Assembly (NCBI RefSeq): GCF_036321535.1
Contig: NC_087472.1
Coordinates: forward strand, 91,576,001-91,640,000
Length of the DNA stretch: 64,000 bases
Origin: Camelus dromedarius
Taxonomy: Eukaryota
Direction of reading: 5' to 3'
Both the position numbers and the translations under genes were made by a program. Below are positions 27,090 through 38,194 of the stretch, piece by piece; within the stretch, counting starts at the first letter, position 1; each line of letters starts with the position of its first letter. Below the pieces are notes generated by a model. It saw only the letters and a program-made list of their open reading frames with translations, was not told the origin of the DNA and did not search any database.

Positions 27090-27310
27090 AAATACATGAT
27101 GCTTATGAATTCATAGGCACTGCTCTGAATGCCTTACATTTAATTCTCAAAATAATCTTATAGCTAAATTTATTATCATCCCTATTTTACAGATAAGAAA
27201 AAAGGCACAAGGAGGTTATTTACCTACAATCACACAATTAGTAAATGGTAGATCTGGGATTCAAAGACCAGGTATCTGGTTCCAGAATCTCATGCTCCTA
27301 CGTACTGCAT
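27090..27310 (-). mobile_element. MIR SINE
   Basis: Contains ttattatcatccctattttacagataagaaa...ctgggattcaaa. Confidence 0.7.
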
Positions 27311-29623
27311 ATGCCCTTCTAAATGGTGGGTGATAAACATGCCCCAGAACTATGTTGAAAGCTATGAACTATCAGGAACTTATCCTCTGATATAAATTTT
27401 CTCTCAGTTAATCTGCTGTCTTGAGAGAGAATAGTCTATAGGTAATTTTTTTCCTCATTTTTGTAGGTGAAATAATAATACATCATTTCACTCCTTTTGT
27501 AAATTACTTGCTTATTTTTCCCATTTCAAAGGCTTCCCTAACATCTGTAATTGGAATTTCCCATGCCTTTTAAGGTTTATTTTTAACCGTTAAAAATATT
27601 TTTACGACTGACATGTGCTCCCTGTGGAAAACAAAGAACATAAAAAATTAAAATATGAATTGCTTGCAACCCTTAATGTACTTACTAGTACACTTCTGCT
27701 GCCTACTGAAGACCCGCAAAACTCAGCATCTTAACACAACCACCATTTGTTCTCACAGTTCTACAGGTTGGCTGAGGAGGTTCTGCTTCATGCTATAGGT
27801 TGGCTAGGACCAGAGGGCTGCCTGGGACTTTTTCTAATGGTGATGGCATTTTCAAAAAGTCAGGTGGGTCTTATAAGTGCTGTCACAGAAAGCTCCTGCA
27901 TTCACATTCATTAAGTAACAGGAGCAAGTCATGAAACAATGTGTACATTGTTGCCAGTGTGTTTTAAAAATAATATATTTTGCAGCACATCTATGTATGA
28001 AAAAGCCTCGAATCAGCTTTAAAATGACACACACCAGGTTGTTCATTGTGGTTATTGTTGAAAAGAGAGCTGCATTTTGGAGGAATATTATATGGAGGCG
28101 GGGAGGGGGGGATTGTGATTTATCTGTGTTAGAACTTTTTACAACAAGAATATATACACCACTATTAGCTTTGTGATTAAAATATTTAAATGAGTCTAAC
28201 GATAGAAACAGTAGTTGCATATTACTCAGATAAGGTAACTGCTAACTGATGCAACCGAGAATACCTGAAATGTGAATGGCTCAACATGAAAGAAGTTTAC
28301 TTCTTGTGTACATAAAGTCCGATGGGGGATGGCAGAGGCTCACTGCTATCAAGTGACTCAGAGATTCGGGCTGTCTGCATCAAGTGACTCCACACCTTAA
28401 CATGGACCCTTCATGTTTGCCACTGAAAGAAGAGAAAGCACGGAGGTGGCATACTGGCTCTCATGTACCTTGTTTTAGAGGTGACAAACATAGTTCTACT
28501 GATATATCAGTGGCAGGGGTGAGTCACATGACCCCTCCTAACTGTAAGTGGACTAGGAATGGAGTCTCCCCAGGAGCCCGGGAAGAGAGAAAGACAGGAT
28601 GTGGATGAGCATTTGCAGTCTCGCCCATAAACTGTTACACAGTATGTGCTGAATAAAGAGCAACTATAGCAACTGGTTACGACAACAACCCTCTTAGTTT
28701 CTTAGAAGAGCTTCTGAGGTCAAATTTACCTGGAAATTCACCACTTTGTTCTTGTGCAAACTGCCACTTAGTAAGTAAACCTAAGTAAATTTTCCCTGTT
28801 AGAGAATATGTTATTTAATTTGGAGGCAGGGATTTCACCGGGATGCAACCCAAACCTTGTAGAATTTGTGTCAAGGACCAATAATTCCCCTCCCTTCCAA
28901 ATGCCCTCCCAACAAAAACACTGATTTTCATTCATTTCACCACCGTCACAATCTAGCCCCACTTAGTTTTGTCAAATTCCACTTAAGATAACCTAATTAA
29001 TGGAGTGGGCTCGGGCTCCCCCAGCTCAGGGCAAAGAATATTCACACAGCGGCTTCTTGGCATCACACTGCAAGGGAGAACTATCTCCCTGGAGACAGTA
29101 TGCATAAAACACCTAGTTTGGGCACTTTGTTCACCAGTACTGGGCAAGAGCACTGGACACTTTCTATTCTTTCCCCAGGTAGAGAATCTCTCTGGTTAAC
29201 CCACGATCCCAAAGTAACTGTTAAGGGCAGTGTCTCATTTCAGGCTTAGTCTCTCAACTCTGAGGCCCACCCTCGCCATGATCACAGCCCCATCTAGCCC
29301 ACTACACAGTGAACTTAAAATTACCTCCCAAGGAGGGATTTGCAAAAATCCTAAACCCCAAAGCATCCTGGCTAAGAGAATTTACACTTCACTGCTCTCA
29401 TCACCTCCCCACAACCACCCTCACTGCTTTTTTTCATTTCTCCTTTATATGTGAGAGTTCATCACACCACTTTCCTTCTATAATAACTGCTTTTATACTC
29501 TAAACATCTACAAGCAGGTGCAGGGTCTTTATCTTTGCTTCACCACCACTGGCACAGAACCTTCCAAAGAGCAAATGCTCAATTAATGATGGGAATAAAT
29601 GAGGCACGGAGCAAGGAATGCAA

Positions 29624-29629
29624 TTTATT
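29624..29629 (-). terminator. Putative polyadenylation signal AATAAA of the MAGEB1-like gene
   Basis: AATAAA on the minus strand ~480 nt after the stop. The homologous position is conserved in the MAGEB3 unit (48266-48271) and mutated in the remnant unit. Confidence 0.6.
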
Positions 29630-30106
29630 ACTATTTAATTTTATCTGCATTCTTGAGTAAGTTAAGGACATCCAGGTGTGTATCTTTGAGTTTTCCAAAG
29701 AGAAATGCAAAGATGAATAAGACAAACCACAATTTGACTATATTGTACTTTGTTTTCATCTATTTTAAAACCATAGCTATATTTTGCAGCCTTCTTTCAC
29801 ATTTCCAAGAAAATTCCCACCCCAAAGCCGTATCAATCTTGTTCTGAAACCCAAAAAGATGCAAGGACTGTACTACACAATACCAAAACTCTTAAACCTG
29901 ATAAACGACAACAAATGTATGATCCATGTCATTTATAAACTTGGACCCTGAACCTAAATAAACATTCTATTCAAAGAAACATTTGAAAGATACCAGGTAT
30001 AACAGGAACGCAAAAAGATTTATATTATGATCTTTGCAGCCCCAACTTAGCCTCTCACTACTTAAGAGCTTGGCAGCATTTGTCAAAAATGAAGTGAAAA
30101 ATCTGC

Positions 30107-31156
30107 TCAGACCTCACTAGGGGCGGGAGGAACGGCTGGACGTGACTTGACCTTGGAACGTGCAGCGGCTTTGGCAGCAGCACGAGCCCTGGCAGCGGCT
30201 CTGGCTTGGGCTCTCTCTTCCTCATCTTTCAAAGCTTCTTCATAATGGGTTGGGAAGGCAGTGGGGACCGTATCATTGACCTTGGCCAAAAACTCCAGGA
30301 CTTTCATCTTGCTGGTTTCAGCGCGGGCTTTTGGGCCCCACAGGAACTCATAGCGAGGAGGATTACTGTTGCGCATCTGACGATACACTAGGTACTTTTC
30401 CCTCACCAAATCTTCTGTGATAAGCTTCCTGGGCTCCCCAAAGATTAAATGCTGCTTCCCATCATAGATGCCCAAAATATTCAGGAATTCCCAGGTCTCC
30501 TCCTCAGAGGCACGGTTGCCATTCAAGAAGATCATACCCAGGAGAGGCATCAGAAGCCCGTTTTTAGGAAGTCCACAGCCGCCGCTGAGACTTCCATCAT
30601 CGGTGAGATCTAGCTTGCTGACAAGGGTATAGGAGTGACCACTGGGCTTGACTTCCTTCAAGTCAAGGCCAAAGACCAGCTCCAGGCGCTCAGCGGCTCT
30701 CCTAAGGATCTCAGGGAAGCGCCCCTTATACTTTTTGTTGACAAGCTTCAGCATGTCTGCCTTCATAATGGGCTCTTTCATGTTATACTTCTCTAGCAGG
30801 AATTGCATCAACATTCCTACCTTCCCAGTTAGAGGATCTTCGCGAGAGCTCTCATTGGAGGTTGAGGCCTGAGAGGAATTTTTACTTTTCTTAACTTGGC
30901 CCTTGGCACCTACGGCAGATCTTGGGCGTGAAGCCCCTGCATCAGGAGAGCTAGTGGCAAGGGCTCCCTGAGGCTTCTGGCGAGTGCCAGCAGTAGGAGA
31001 GCCCGGGGGAGTACCCCCAGAAACAGGAGTCGGGGAGGCTGGGGCCTCTTCTATCTTTTCTGCAGTGGTCTGAGCACCCACAAGACCCTGGGTCTCACTC
31101 CGGGCCTGGCGGCGTTTCTCACGCGCACGGAGCTTACTCTTCTGACCCCGAGGCAT
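30107..31156 (-). CDS. MAGEB1: Melanoma-associated antigen B (MAGEB1/MAGEB4-like), 349 aa, single coding exon
   Basis: ORF begins with the MAGE-B N-terminus MPRGQKSKLRAREKRR (ATG at 31156, 30 codons inside the track ORF). It has a complete MAGE homology domain (LMQFLLEKY...LELVFGLDLKEV...GLLMPLLGMIF...[13 protein letters not shown]...[27 protein letters not shown]) and ends at TGA 30107-30109. MAGE-B identity is secure. The symbol rests on its position as the last gene of the B2-B3-B4-B1 cluster and on the PSGHSYTLVSKLDLTDDG motif; parts of the protein are more B4-like. Confidence 0.9.
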   Translation of the reverse strand: MPRGQKSKLRAREKRRQARSETQGLVGAQTTAEKIEEAPASPTPVSGGTPPGSPTAGTRQKPQGALATSSPDAGASRPRSAVGAKGQVKKSKNSSQASTSNESSREDPLTGKVGMLMQFLLEKYNMKEPIMKADMLKLVNKKYKGRFPEILRRAAERLELVFGLDLKEVKPSGHSYTLVSKLDLTDDGSLSGGCGLPKNGLLMPLLGMIFLNGNRASEEETWEFLNILGIYDGKQHLIFGEPRKLITEDLVREKYLVYRQMRNSNPPRYEFLWGPKARAETSKMKVLEFLAKVNDTVPTAFPTHYEEALKDEEERAQARAAARARAAAKAAARSKVKSRPAVPPAPSEV

Positions 31157-32429
31157 GACTATGGTCAGGGACAGTAGGCAGGAGTGTGGGCAGGACAGTA
31201 GGAGATGCTGGACCCTGGAGGAGGGAAGATGAGAGCGTGTGAGCACCTTCAGCAGCGAGATACCATCTGGCTTTTAAGAAGCCACTTCTGCAGGTTTTCT
31301 TTAGTGTACTACTCTAAAATGCCACTGGACTCTTGCTCTTGGTCGCCCATTCCCTGGGAATCCAGTGTAAGAAGTTAGTGACAGTGAGCCTTAGGCTACA
31401 GCCTGCCTGTTCTGCTTGTGGCTGACTGGGGTGACCACAGGGCCTGACAGTGGGGGGGGGGGGCTCAAGGGTGCCCTTGGTTCACAAACAGGATTACGAC
31501 ATCAACTGTTGGTAGGGCCGGGACCTCTTTCCTGTGCTGCTCTTAAGTTGATACCTCAAAGCTCACTGGGGCCCTTGAGAAGGAACTGAATCATGGGCAC
31601 TGTCAGGGTTGACAGTGCTGACAGATGTGTGGGACCCTCTGTCCTGGACTCATTGGTCCTCAATCATTCAGTCCTCATCTAGTCTACACCTAGAGTCCGG
31701 GACCCCCCCCCCCCCTTTCTGCTGACTGGCACTGCACCTTCAGATGAAGATCTCATCTCCCTTAGAAATGATAAAAAGAGATGAGGGGCCTCAGCCTGAC
31801 AACCATCCTCCAGGCCTTCAAGGGCTGAATGTAGGACTGGGTAAGACTCTGTATTGTTCCTTCTATTTGGTGGGAGAAGGGGGTGATATCTTCAAGTGTC
31901 ATTCACAGTCCTCACTTTGATTCCTGGGAGGATTTGGGGGCTCCTTTCTCTCTTGACTTGAGGACTTTCCCTCACAGTATGGCCCACAACTCCCTGAGAC
32001 CCGGTGGTGGAAGTGAGGGTGGCCTTACATGGCCACACTGCCCATGTCTCCAGAGGCTGAGAGCTGCAGCAAGCAGGCTGAAGCCTTAGGATGTGTGGCT
32101 ATGCCTGCTAGCACTCTCTGATCCCACTGTTCTGCAGTCAGTGGCTCCCTCAGTCCTCATACAGGCCTTTGACCTCCAGTCTGGTTAGGATTTGGGATTC
32201 CTCCTTCTACTGACCTGAGTCTACAAGCCTCAGACCAAAGCTCTCACCTCCTTGAGTAGTTAGAAGTCAGGGGCTCCACATCTGGCTAACTTCCCTGGGG
32301 ACTCCCAGATGTAAGAGGAGGGCTGCTGCTCTGTGCAGCTCCCTGTTTTGAGGAGAGGTCTGCTTATTAGCACTGATGGTCCTGCGCTTACCCCTTTTAG
32401 GGCCAAGACTCCTCCCTCTACCTAATACA

Positions 32430-32708
32430 GTTGACTTATCTATCTATCTATCCATCCATCCATCTATTTCCATTTAATATCCACTACTCATTTATTTTGC
32501 AGATAGTAGTTTGTACCTCTTGATCCTCCTCACTTCTCTCCTCTGCCCACCTTCCTTGTCTCTAGTAACCGCCTCTTTGTTCTCTGTATCTATAACTGTT
32601 TCAGTTGTTCGTTTGTTTTGTTTTTCAGATTCCACATATAAGTGGAATCATAGAGTATATGTTTTTCTCTAAATTATTTCACTTAGTGTAACACCCGCTA
32701 GGTCCATG
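32430..32708 (-). mobile_element. L1 3'UTR fragment with (TCTA)(TCCA) repeat in the MAGEB1-like 5' region
   Basis: Contains ttttcagattccacatataagtggaatcatagagtat...ttcacttagtgtaacaccc. Confidence 0.75.
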
Positions 32709-33039
32709 CCCCCTTTAGATAAAAGCCTTTCTCTGATTGTCCACCCCCCCCCCACCTCCCACTCCAAGCAAACACATGGGGTTCTCTTGTTCTGAATTAC
32801 TCTAGGGCATTACAGGACTGATGGCAGGAAAGGGGGGGGGGTGCTCTGTGCAGTCATCTCTTTTGGACGTCACCTCGTTAGCTTTTCACCTGTTACGGAC
32901 AAGACTACTTCCTCTGCCTAAAGAGGCTGACCCCTTTAGACAAAGGCCCTCCCCTCCCTGAGGCCTTCAGACGGCAACTACGACAGGACTTCTCCGCCTT
33001 ACAGCTCAGGCCTGGGCCTCACACTGCCTCTCACAGGGG

Positions 33040-33440
33040 CGCAATGTGGGTGGGTCACCTCTGTTACCGGAGGGTGGGGGGAGGGAAGGAAAGTCCCTTT
33101 AGGCCACATTCAGGCCCTCACCTTGGCTCCGAAGGAGTCCTTGGAAACCGCCCTGGGCCGAACAACGCTGCGTCTGCCGGTTCGGCGCCTCGCCTCAGAA
33201 GCGGAAGTCGGAGTGCAGCCGCATCCGGCCAAGCGTCTTTTGCGGGGTCTCCCAGGGCTCACGGCAGGGGCGGGGCGCCGCGGGACCAGTGGGCGGTCCC
33301 TCAGGCTCCTCCCTCAGGGTCCTGCCCCAGGGTCCTCCGTGTCCTCCAGCCCGCGTACAAAGGCCTCACCTCCGGAGTTCCTAGTGGGGAAGTCAGGGCC
33401 TGCTGCTTGACCCCCTCGGCCTGACAAGAGGGGTGCGACC
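33040..33440 (-). promoter_or_regulatory. CpG-rich promoter/non-coding first exon of the MAGEB1-like gene
   Basis: Local CpG enrichment. ETS motifs CGGAAGT (33202-33208) and CCGGATG (minus strand, ~33222-33228), GC box GGGGCGGGGC (33267-33276), and a splice donor AAG|GTGAGG on the minus strand at ~33116-33123. The layout resembles the methylation-sensitive ETS promoter of MAGE-A1. Confidence 0.7.
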
Positions 33441-36400
33441 CTGTGAGCCTCCGTCTTTGGGGGAGAGCTCCTCTCACTAGCACTGAGGTCCCCACCTTGA
33501 CTCTGGTTAAGGCCAAGACTCCTCCCTCTTCAGAACTGGGGTCTATCTGATCCTGTTAGATGAGACGCTTTCCTCCCTGAGACCACACAGGTAGACTGAG
33601 GGGACGACTCTGTGGTAGCTCTTCTGGGTCAGCCAGGGCTAAGAAAAGTACAGAACTCTGGCCCCCTCTTCTTTTGGGGAGGGGGTCCCATCAAAACACT
33701 CAGGATCTTTACACGAATTCTTGTGAGAGCCCAGGTCCCTCCCTCTGCAAAAGTGAGGCTGTGCCCATTAGACACGGGCCTTCACCTCGCTGAGACTTTC
33801 CAGAGTGAAATCAACCTGCTATCTCTGCCCAGGGCTTCCTGGGGACGACAGCATCGGAGATTTTTCAGGGCCTCCTTTTATGCCATGCATGCTATACTTA
33901 GTCCACATTCAGGTCCTCTTCTTGACAGATAACCAATCCTGTAACTCCACCTTCTGCTTTCCTGAAGCTCCTCCTCTTACAGCAAGGCCCTACGCCCCTG
34001 AAATTTCCAAGTTGGAAGTCAGGGTGCTCCTCATAAGATCATACTCCTTCAGGGCCTCCAAGAACAGTCATCAGGGATGCAGTTCTAAGGGAACTCACTG
34101 TTTTGGCTGAGTCCTTCCATGATTCCTCACTCACTGTTTTCACTATGTCTAACAAAGCCTGGAATTCCTCCTTCTACTGAACTAAAGTCACTACCCTTAG
34201 TCTTTGGATCACTCCTATGTTGAGGGGTGATTGTCTCCTCAGCCCTCATTCATGGGGTTCTTCATAGCGGTTTCTGTCTCTTGATTAAAGGCTTCCTGGG
34301 AAATACATATTCCTGCAAACATCTGACCAGTTACCCTATTGGAAATCTTGCAGAAAATGGGTCTCTGTCCCAAAGGTGATGTAAGATTAGGGAAATGTAG
34401 CATAAATCTAGGAACCCAGGACAGATGTTATGCTGTCAGAGAAAAAAAGCTGATATATTCCTTCTCTTCACCAGCCAGCCTTAGAGTAGTTCTAAAACAT
34501 TTACTTTCTACACAGTAGAATAGATCCAGGTAATTTTGTGAGCCCCTGATCTGTTGAGGGTATCTGATTTTTCATTTGTAGATGATCATATTGTCACTGA
34601 GCATTGCTTCTTTCTCTTCTTTATTCATATCTCTTATTTATTTTGGTATTCGTATTGCTTTGAGTATGTATTCCAAGCCAATGTTTTGGTCACAGAATCC
34701 TTTTTATTACTTGATATACATTGTGAAGTGGTAGAAGAAAGTGAATTAATTGACTCATGGTCAGCCTCAGGCTGGGAGGAGTGGAACGGTGTGAGCTCTG
34801 GACAAATTCAGACCAGGGGTCTATTCCAAGCCCTGTCACTTATTAGCTGTGTGAGCTCAGGTCTATCTTTTAGGGCTAGTGGCACGCAGTTAATGTATGT
34901 AAAGCCCTTGGCGCAGTACCTGGACTGCATTGAGACTTTACACAATGTCTGTTTTTACTGTGATTATGATTATTTTGACCCCAGAGGATACTACCCACCC
35001 CGATGGAATTTTTAAATCCAGGAAGTATCAGAGAATATGTGGCAGTCTAGAACACGGAACACCAAATCAGTCCAAAATGCTGTTTACAGAGAATTTCTAA
35101 GTAAATCCCCCCCATTAAATCATATTTTGAGTGTGGGGGTGGTTTTCCAGCTGAATGAAATATAAATCTTCTAGAATTTGGTTCCAAGACTAACTCTTCT
35201 TTCCTAGCTACCCTTTCAACTAAATCACCCCTATCTTTAATAATTTCACCATCACCTAAAACCTACACTTCTCTTAGACTTCACAGAATTACAACCAAAA
35301 AACTGCATTTGAATGCCCCTTTAATAGAATGGGCTCTGATTCCTTGGCCTGTAGCAAAGAGCATCAGCCCAATGGCTTCTGAGTTTCCGATTTCAGAGTA
35401 CTATCACCTTTATTCTTAGAAACTCCCTAGAGATCATGTACATAAAACACTTAGGTTATGCACTGTTTTCACCTGCACTAGGACAGGAGCACAGGACATG
35501 TTTTATCCCTGCCCCAGGTGGAGATTTCTCTCTGGTTTGTTCATAATTCTAAAGTAACTGTTAAGGGTTGTTGTCCATTCCAGGCTTATGTCTCTTAACT
35601 CTGAGATCCACTATCTAGGGTCTGGCCCCTTTTCAGTGTTTCCACAGCCTCATTTAGCCCACCTGACAGCCTGACTTAAAATTACCTCCCATTGCAGGAC
35701 TTTTATTTTCCTAAGGTCTCAAAATGCCTTGCTACAAGGCATTTATACTAAACTCCTCGTGTGGAATCATTCACTTTCCCTTTCTTATCCCTTATTTTTA
35801 CTGGGCCTTTAGATCTTAGCTCACCAGCTGCTTTACGTGAGTGCTGCTCTTAGACTCTAAAATTCTATAGGCAGGGGTTATGTCTATTTTTCTTAGCATC
35901 CCCAGTACCAGCCAGGAGCCTTCTGAAGAGGGGATGCTAAATTAATATTTGGATAATTAAAAAGCAAGTGTGCAAGAAGTCAAATTTATCATGATTTCAT
36001 CTCTCCCACATTCTTAAATAAGCTAGGCCAATCCAGATACATATACTTCAATTTTACAAAGACTAAAAGGAATAAAACAAACCAAGAAGGGAGTACCTCT
36101 TAACATTGATTTCTGAATCTCATGCTCACACAGACTTTACTATGGAATAATTTCCATTTTCACAAAAATCGATATTTCAATGTCATATTCTCTTGTTCTA
36201 AATGACAAGAAATGATTCAAGGATTTCCAGTTTGTTTACATAATACCAAAATTCTTATTTTTCAACCTGATAATCTCCAGTTAACATGTGAGCCACATCA
36301 TTTGTAAACTTAGATTGTGAAGCTAAATGAAGCTTTAATTGAGAGGAACATTTAAAAATAGAAAAAAGAAAAACCTCCAATTTGTACAGAAGCACAAGTA

Positions 36401-36488
36401 TGTTACACAGTGTGTTCCCATGAGCCTCACCTTGGCTGTCCACTAGTTAGAAGACTGCTTTCTTTAAACACAACATGAAGTATCTGCC

Positions 36489-36671
36489 TCAGCCTTCACC
36501 AGGGGTGGGAGGAGCTTTGAGACACGCCCTGGAGCGCACACTGGCCAGGGCAGTAGTATGAGCCACACCCACATCTCTGGCTCAGGCTCTCTTTACCTCA
36601 TCTTTCAGAGCCTCTTCTCAATGGTGCGGGAAGGCCCTGGAGTTGGTATCATTGACCTTAGCCCAAAACTC
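36489..36671 (-). pseudogene. MAGE-B 3' remnant (last ~60 codons only)
   Basis: Minus-strand translation reads [33 protein letters not shown]...SVRSRA. It is followed by 3'UTR/3' flank homologous to those of the intact genes (35050-36490). Homology stops abruptly at 36671, where repeat sequence begins. Confidence 0.85.
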
Positions 36672-37360
36672 ACACATTATTCTATATATCTGTATCTGTA
36701 TCTATTCTGGAAAGCACCCCATACTAGTTCACAAAGATCATACTCATTCTTTTTTACAGCTACATACTATGGTACTCCATTGTGTGGATATACCACGGTC
36801 TTTTCAATCAATATACTCATGGACATTTATGTATTTTCATATTGTTGTAGGTGTGCCTTCACAGTAAATTTCTTAAAAAGTGGAATTATTGGCTCAAAGG
36901 TAAATGCATATTTAGTTATGTTATAGATTGTCAAATTCTATAAGGTAACATTATGAGAATTTTTGCACCAATGTTCTTAAGCAATATCAGAATTAAGTAA
37001 TATTCTTTAATGTAATAATAAATTAAGTAATTTTGTGCTATCTTTACTTGGTTTAAATATTAATGTTATACTTGCTTTGTAAAAAGCCTTTGCAAGTTTT
37101 GTTTCATTTTCTATGCTCTGGAACAATTTATGTGACAAAATTCATACATTTGCAATAGTAGAGTGAATAATGTAATCAACGCTCTGTGTGCTCATTTCCC
37201 AACTTCAGCAATATCAACATATGCCAATCTTGTTTCATCCATACCCACCATCCCCCCAGAGTATTCTGAAGTAAACATCTAGAAAAATACTTATCCTATT
37301 ATATATCTTTAGAAGGTAAAGCTACTAACTACAAACATAACCACAATACTTTGGGTACAC

Positions 37361-37960
37361 TGTGGTAGGCAGAATTCCAAAATGGCCTCCCAGATTCCTG
37401 GCTCCTGGAGTATACACACCTTCTTCTAGTTAATTAATCGAACACTAATCAAGCTGCTGCTCTGAAGGCATTTTGTAGATGTAAACAATCATTTGTTTTC
37501 AAAACAGGGAGTCTATCCTCCATGCGCCAGACCTAATCAGATGACTCTTTAAATGGGATGGGGCTTTTCCTGGCAAGAGATATTCAGAGAGGAATTCAAC
37601 GTAAGGGAAATTTTCCATTGCTGCTTTGAAGATGAAGGGGCTGCATAGGAAGGACCTAAGAGTGACTTGAGAGTGACCCCCAGCCAAAAGCTAGCAAGAA
37701 AAATGGGCACTTAAGTCTTTCAAGTTCAAGTAACTTAATTCTGCCAAAACCTGCATGAAGTTGGAAGGAACTCCTGAGCTCCAGATGAGAACACAGCCAG
37801 CTACCTAATACCTTGACTGCAGTTTGTGAGATTTCTGACCTAGAGAACCAAGCTACTCCATGCCGGAACTTCTGACCTACAGAAATGTGAGGTATCAAAT
37901 GTTTGTTTGAAGCTGTTAGATTCATGGTAATTTGCTATACAGGGATAGAAAACTAATACA
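37361..37960 (+). mobile_element. MLT1 (MLT1E-like) solo LTR
   Basis: TGTGGTAGGCAGAATT start, ...gatagaaaactaataca end, and a near-perfect 5-bp TSD TACAC/TACAT. Confidence 0.82.
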
Positions 37961-38017
37961 TACATTGAAAAGTTTTTATCTACAGATTCATTTATTTCTT
38001 ATAATTAGATCTTTTAA

Positions 38018-38168
38018 AAATATATACATTCATTTCACTTTTATTTTTTAACTTCAAAGAATCCTAAACAGCATATTTTTTTTTTTTTAGTGGAGGTACT
38101 GGGGATTGAACCCAGGACTTCATGCATGCTTTGCAAGCACTCTACCACTGAGTTATTACCCTGCCCAC
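38018..38168 (-). mobile_element. Vic-1-type SINE with an extended 3' tail
   Basis: SINE body at 38089-38166, poly-A at 38076-38088, and a perfect 16-bp TSD TAATTAGATCTTTTAA (38002-38017, 38169-38184). Confidence 0.87.
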
Positions 38169-38194
38169 TAATTAGATCTTTTAAGATCTATTCT

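Larger units (their letters stand above)
31480..34260 (-). repeat. Degenerate tandem array of ~200-250 bp MAGE 5'-region modules
   Basis: Landmark (g/a)ggactcctccctct(a/g)ctgacctgag...cagaccaaggccctcacctccctgaga recurs at ~31519, 31699, 31937, 32193, 32404, 32901, 33513, 33732, 33965 and 34160. Confidence 0.7.

Noticed and set aside
31157..31246. 30-aa N-terminal extension of the 379-aa ORF (and likewise 49839-49928 for MAGEB3)
   Set aside because: Both start at non-ATG codons. They span a polypyrimidine tract and AG acceptor (31215-31216; 49868-49869), so they are intron plus 5'UTR. The family start is MPRGQKSK.
34554..35015. 153-aa ORF with weak similarity to the ORFs at 46295 and 46533
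   Set aside because: Duplicated non-coding spacer that includes a MIR; the frame is not conserved between paralogous copies.
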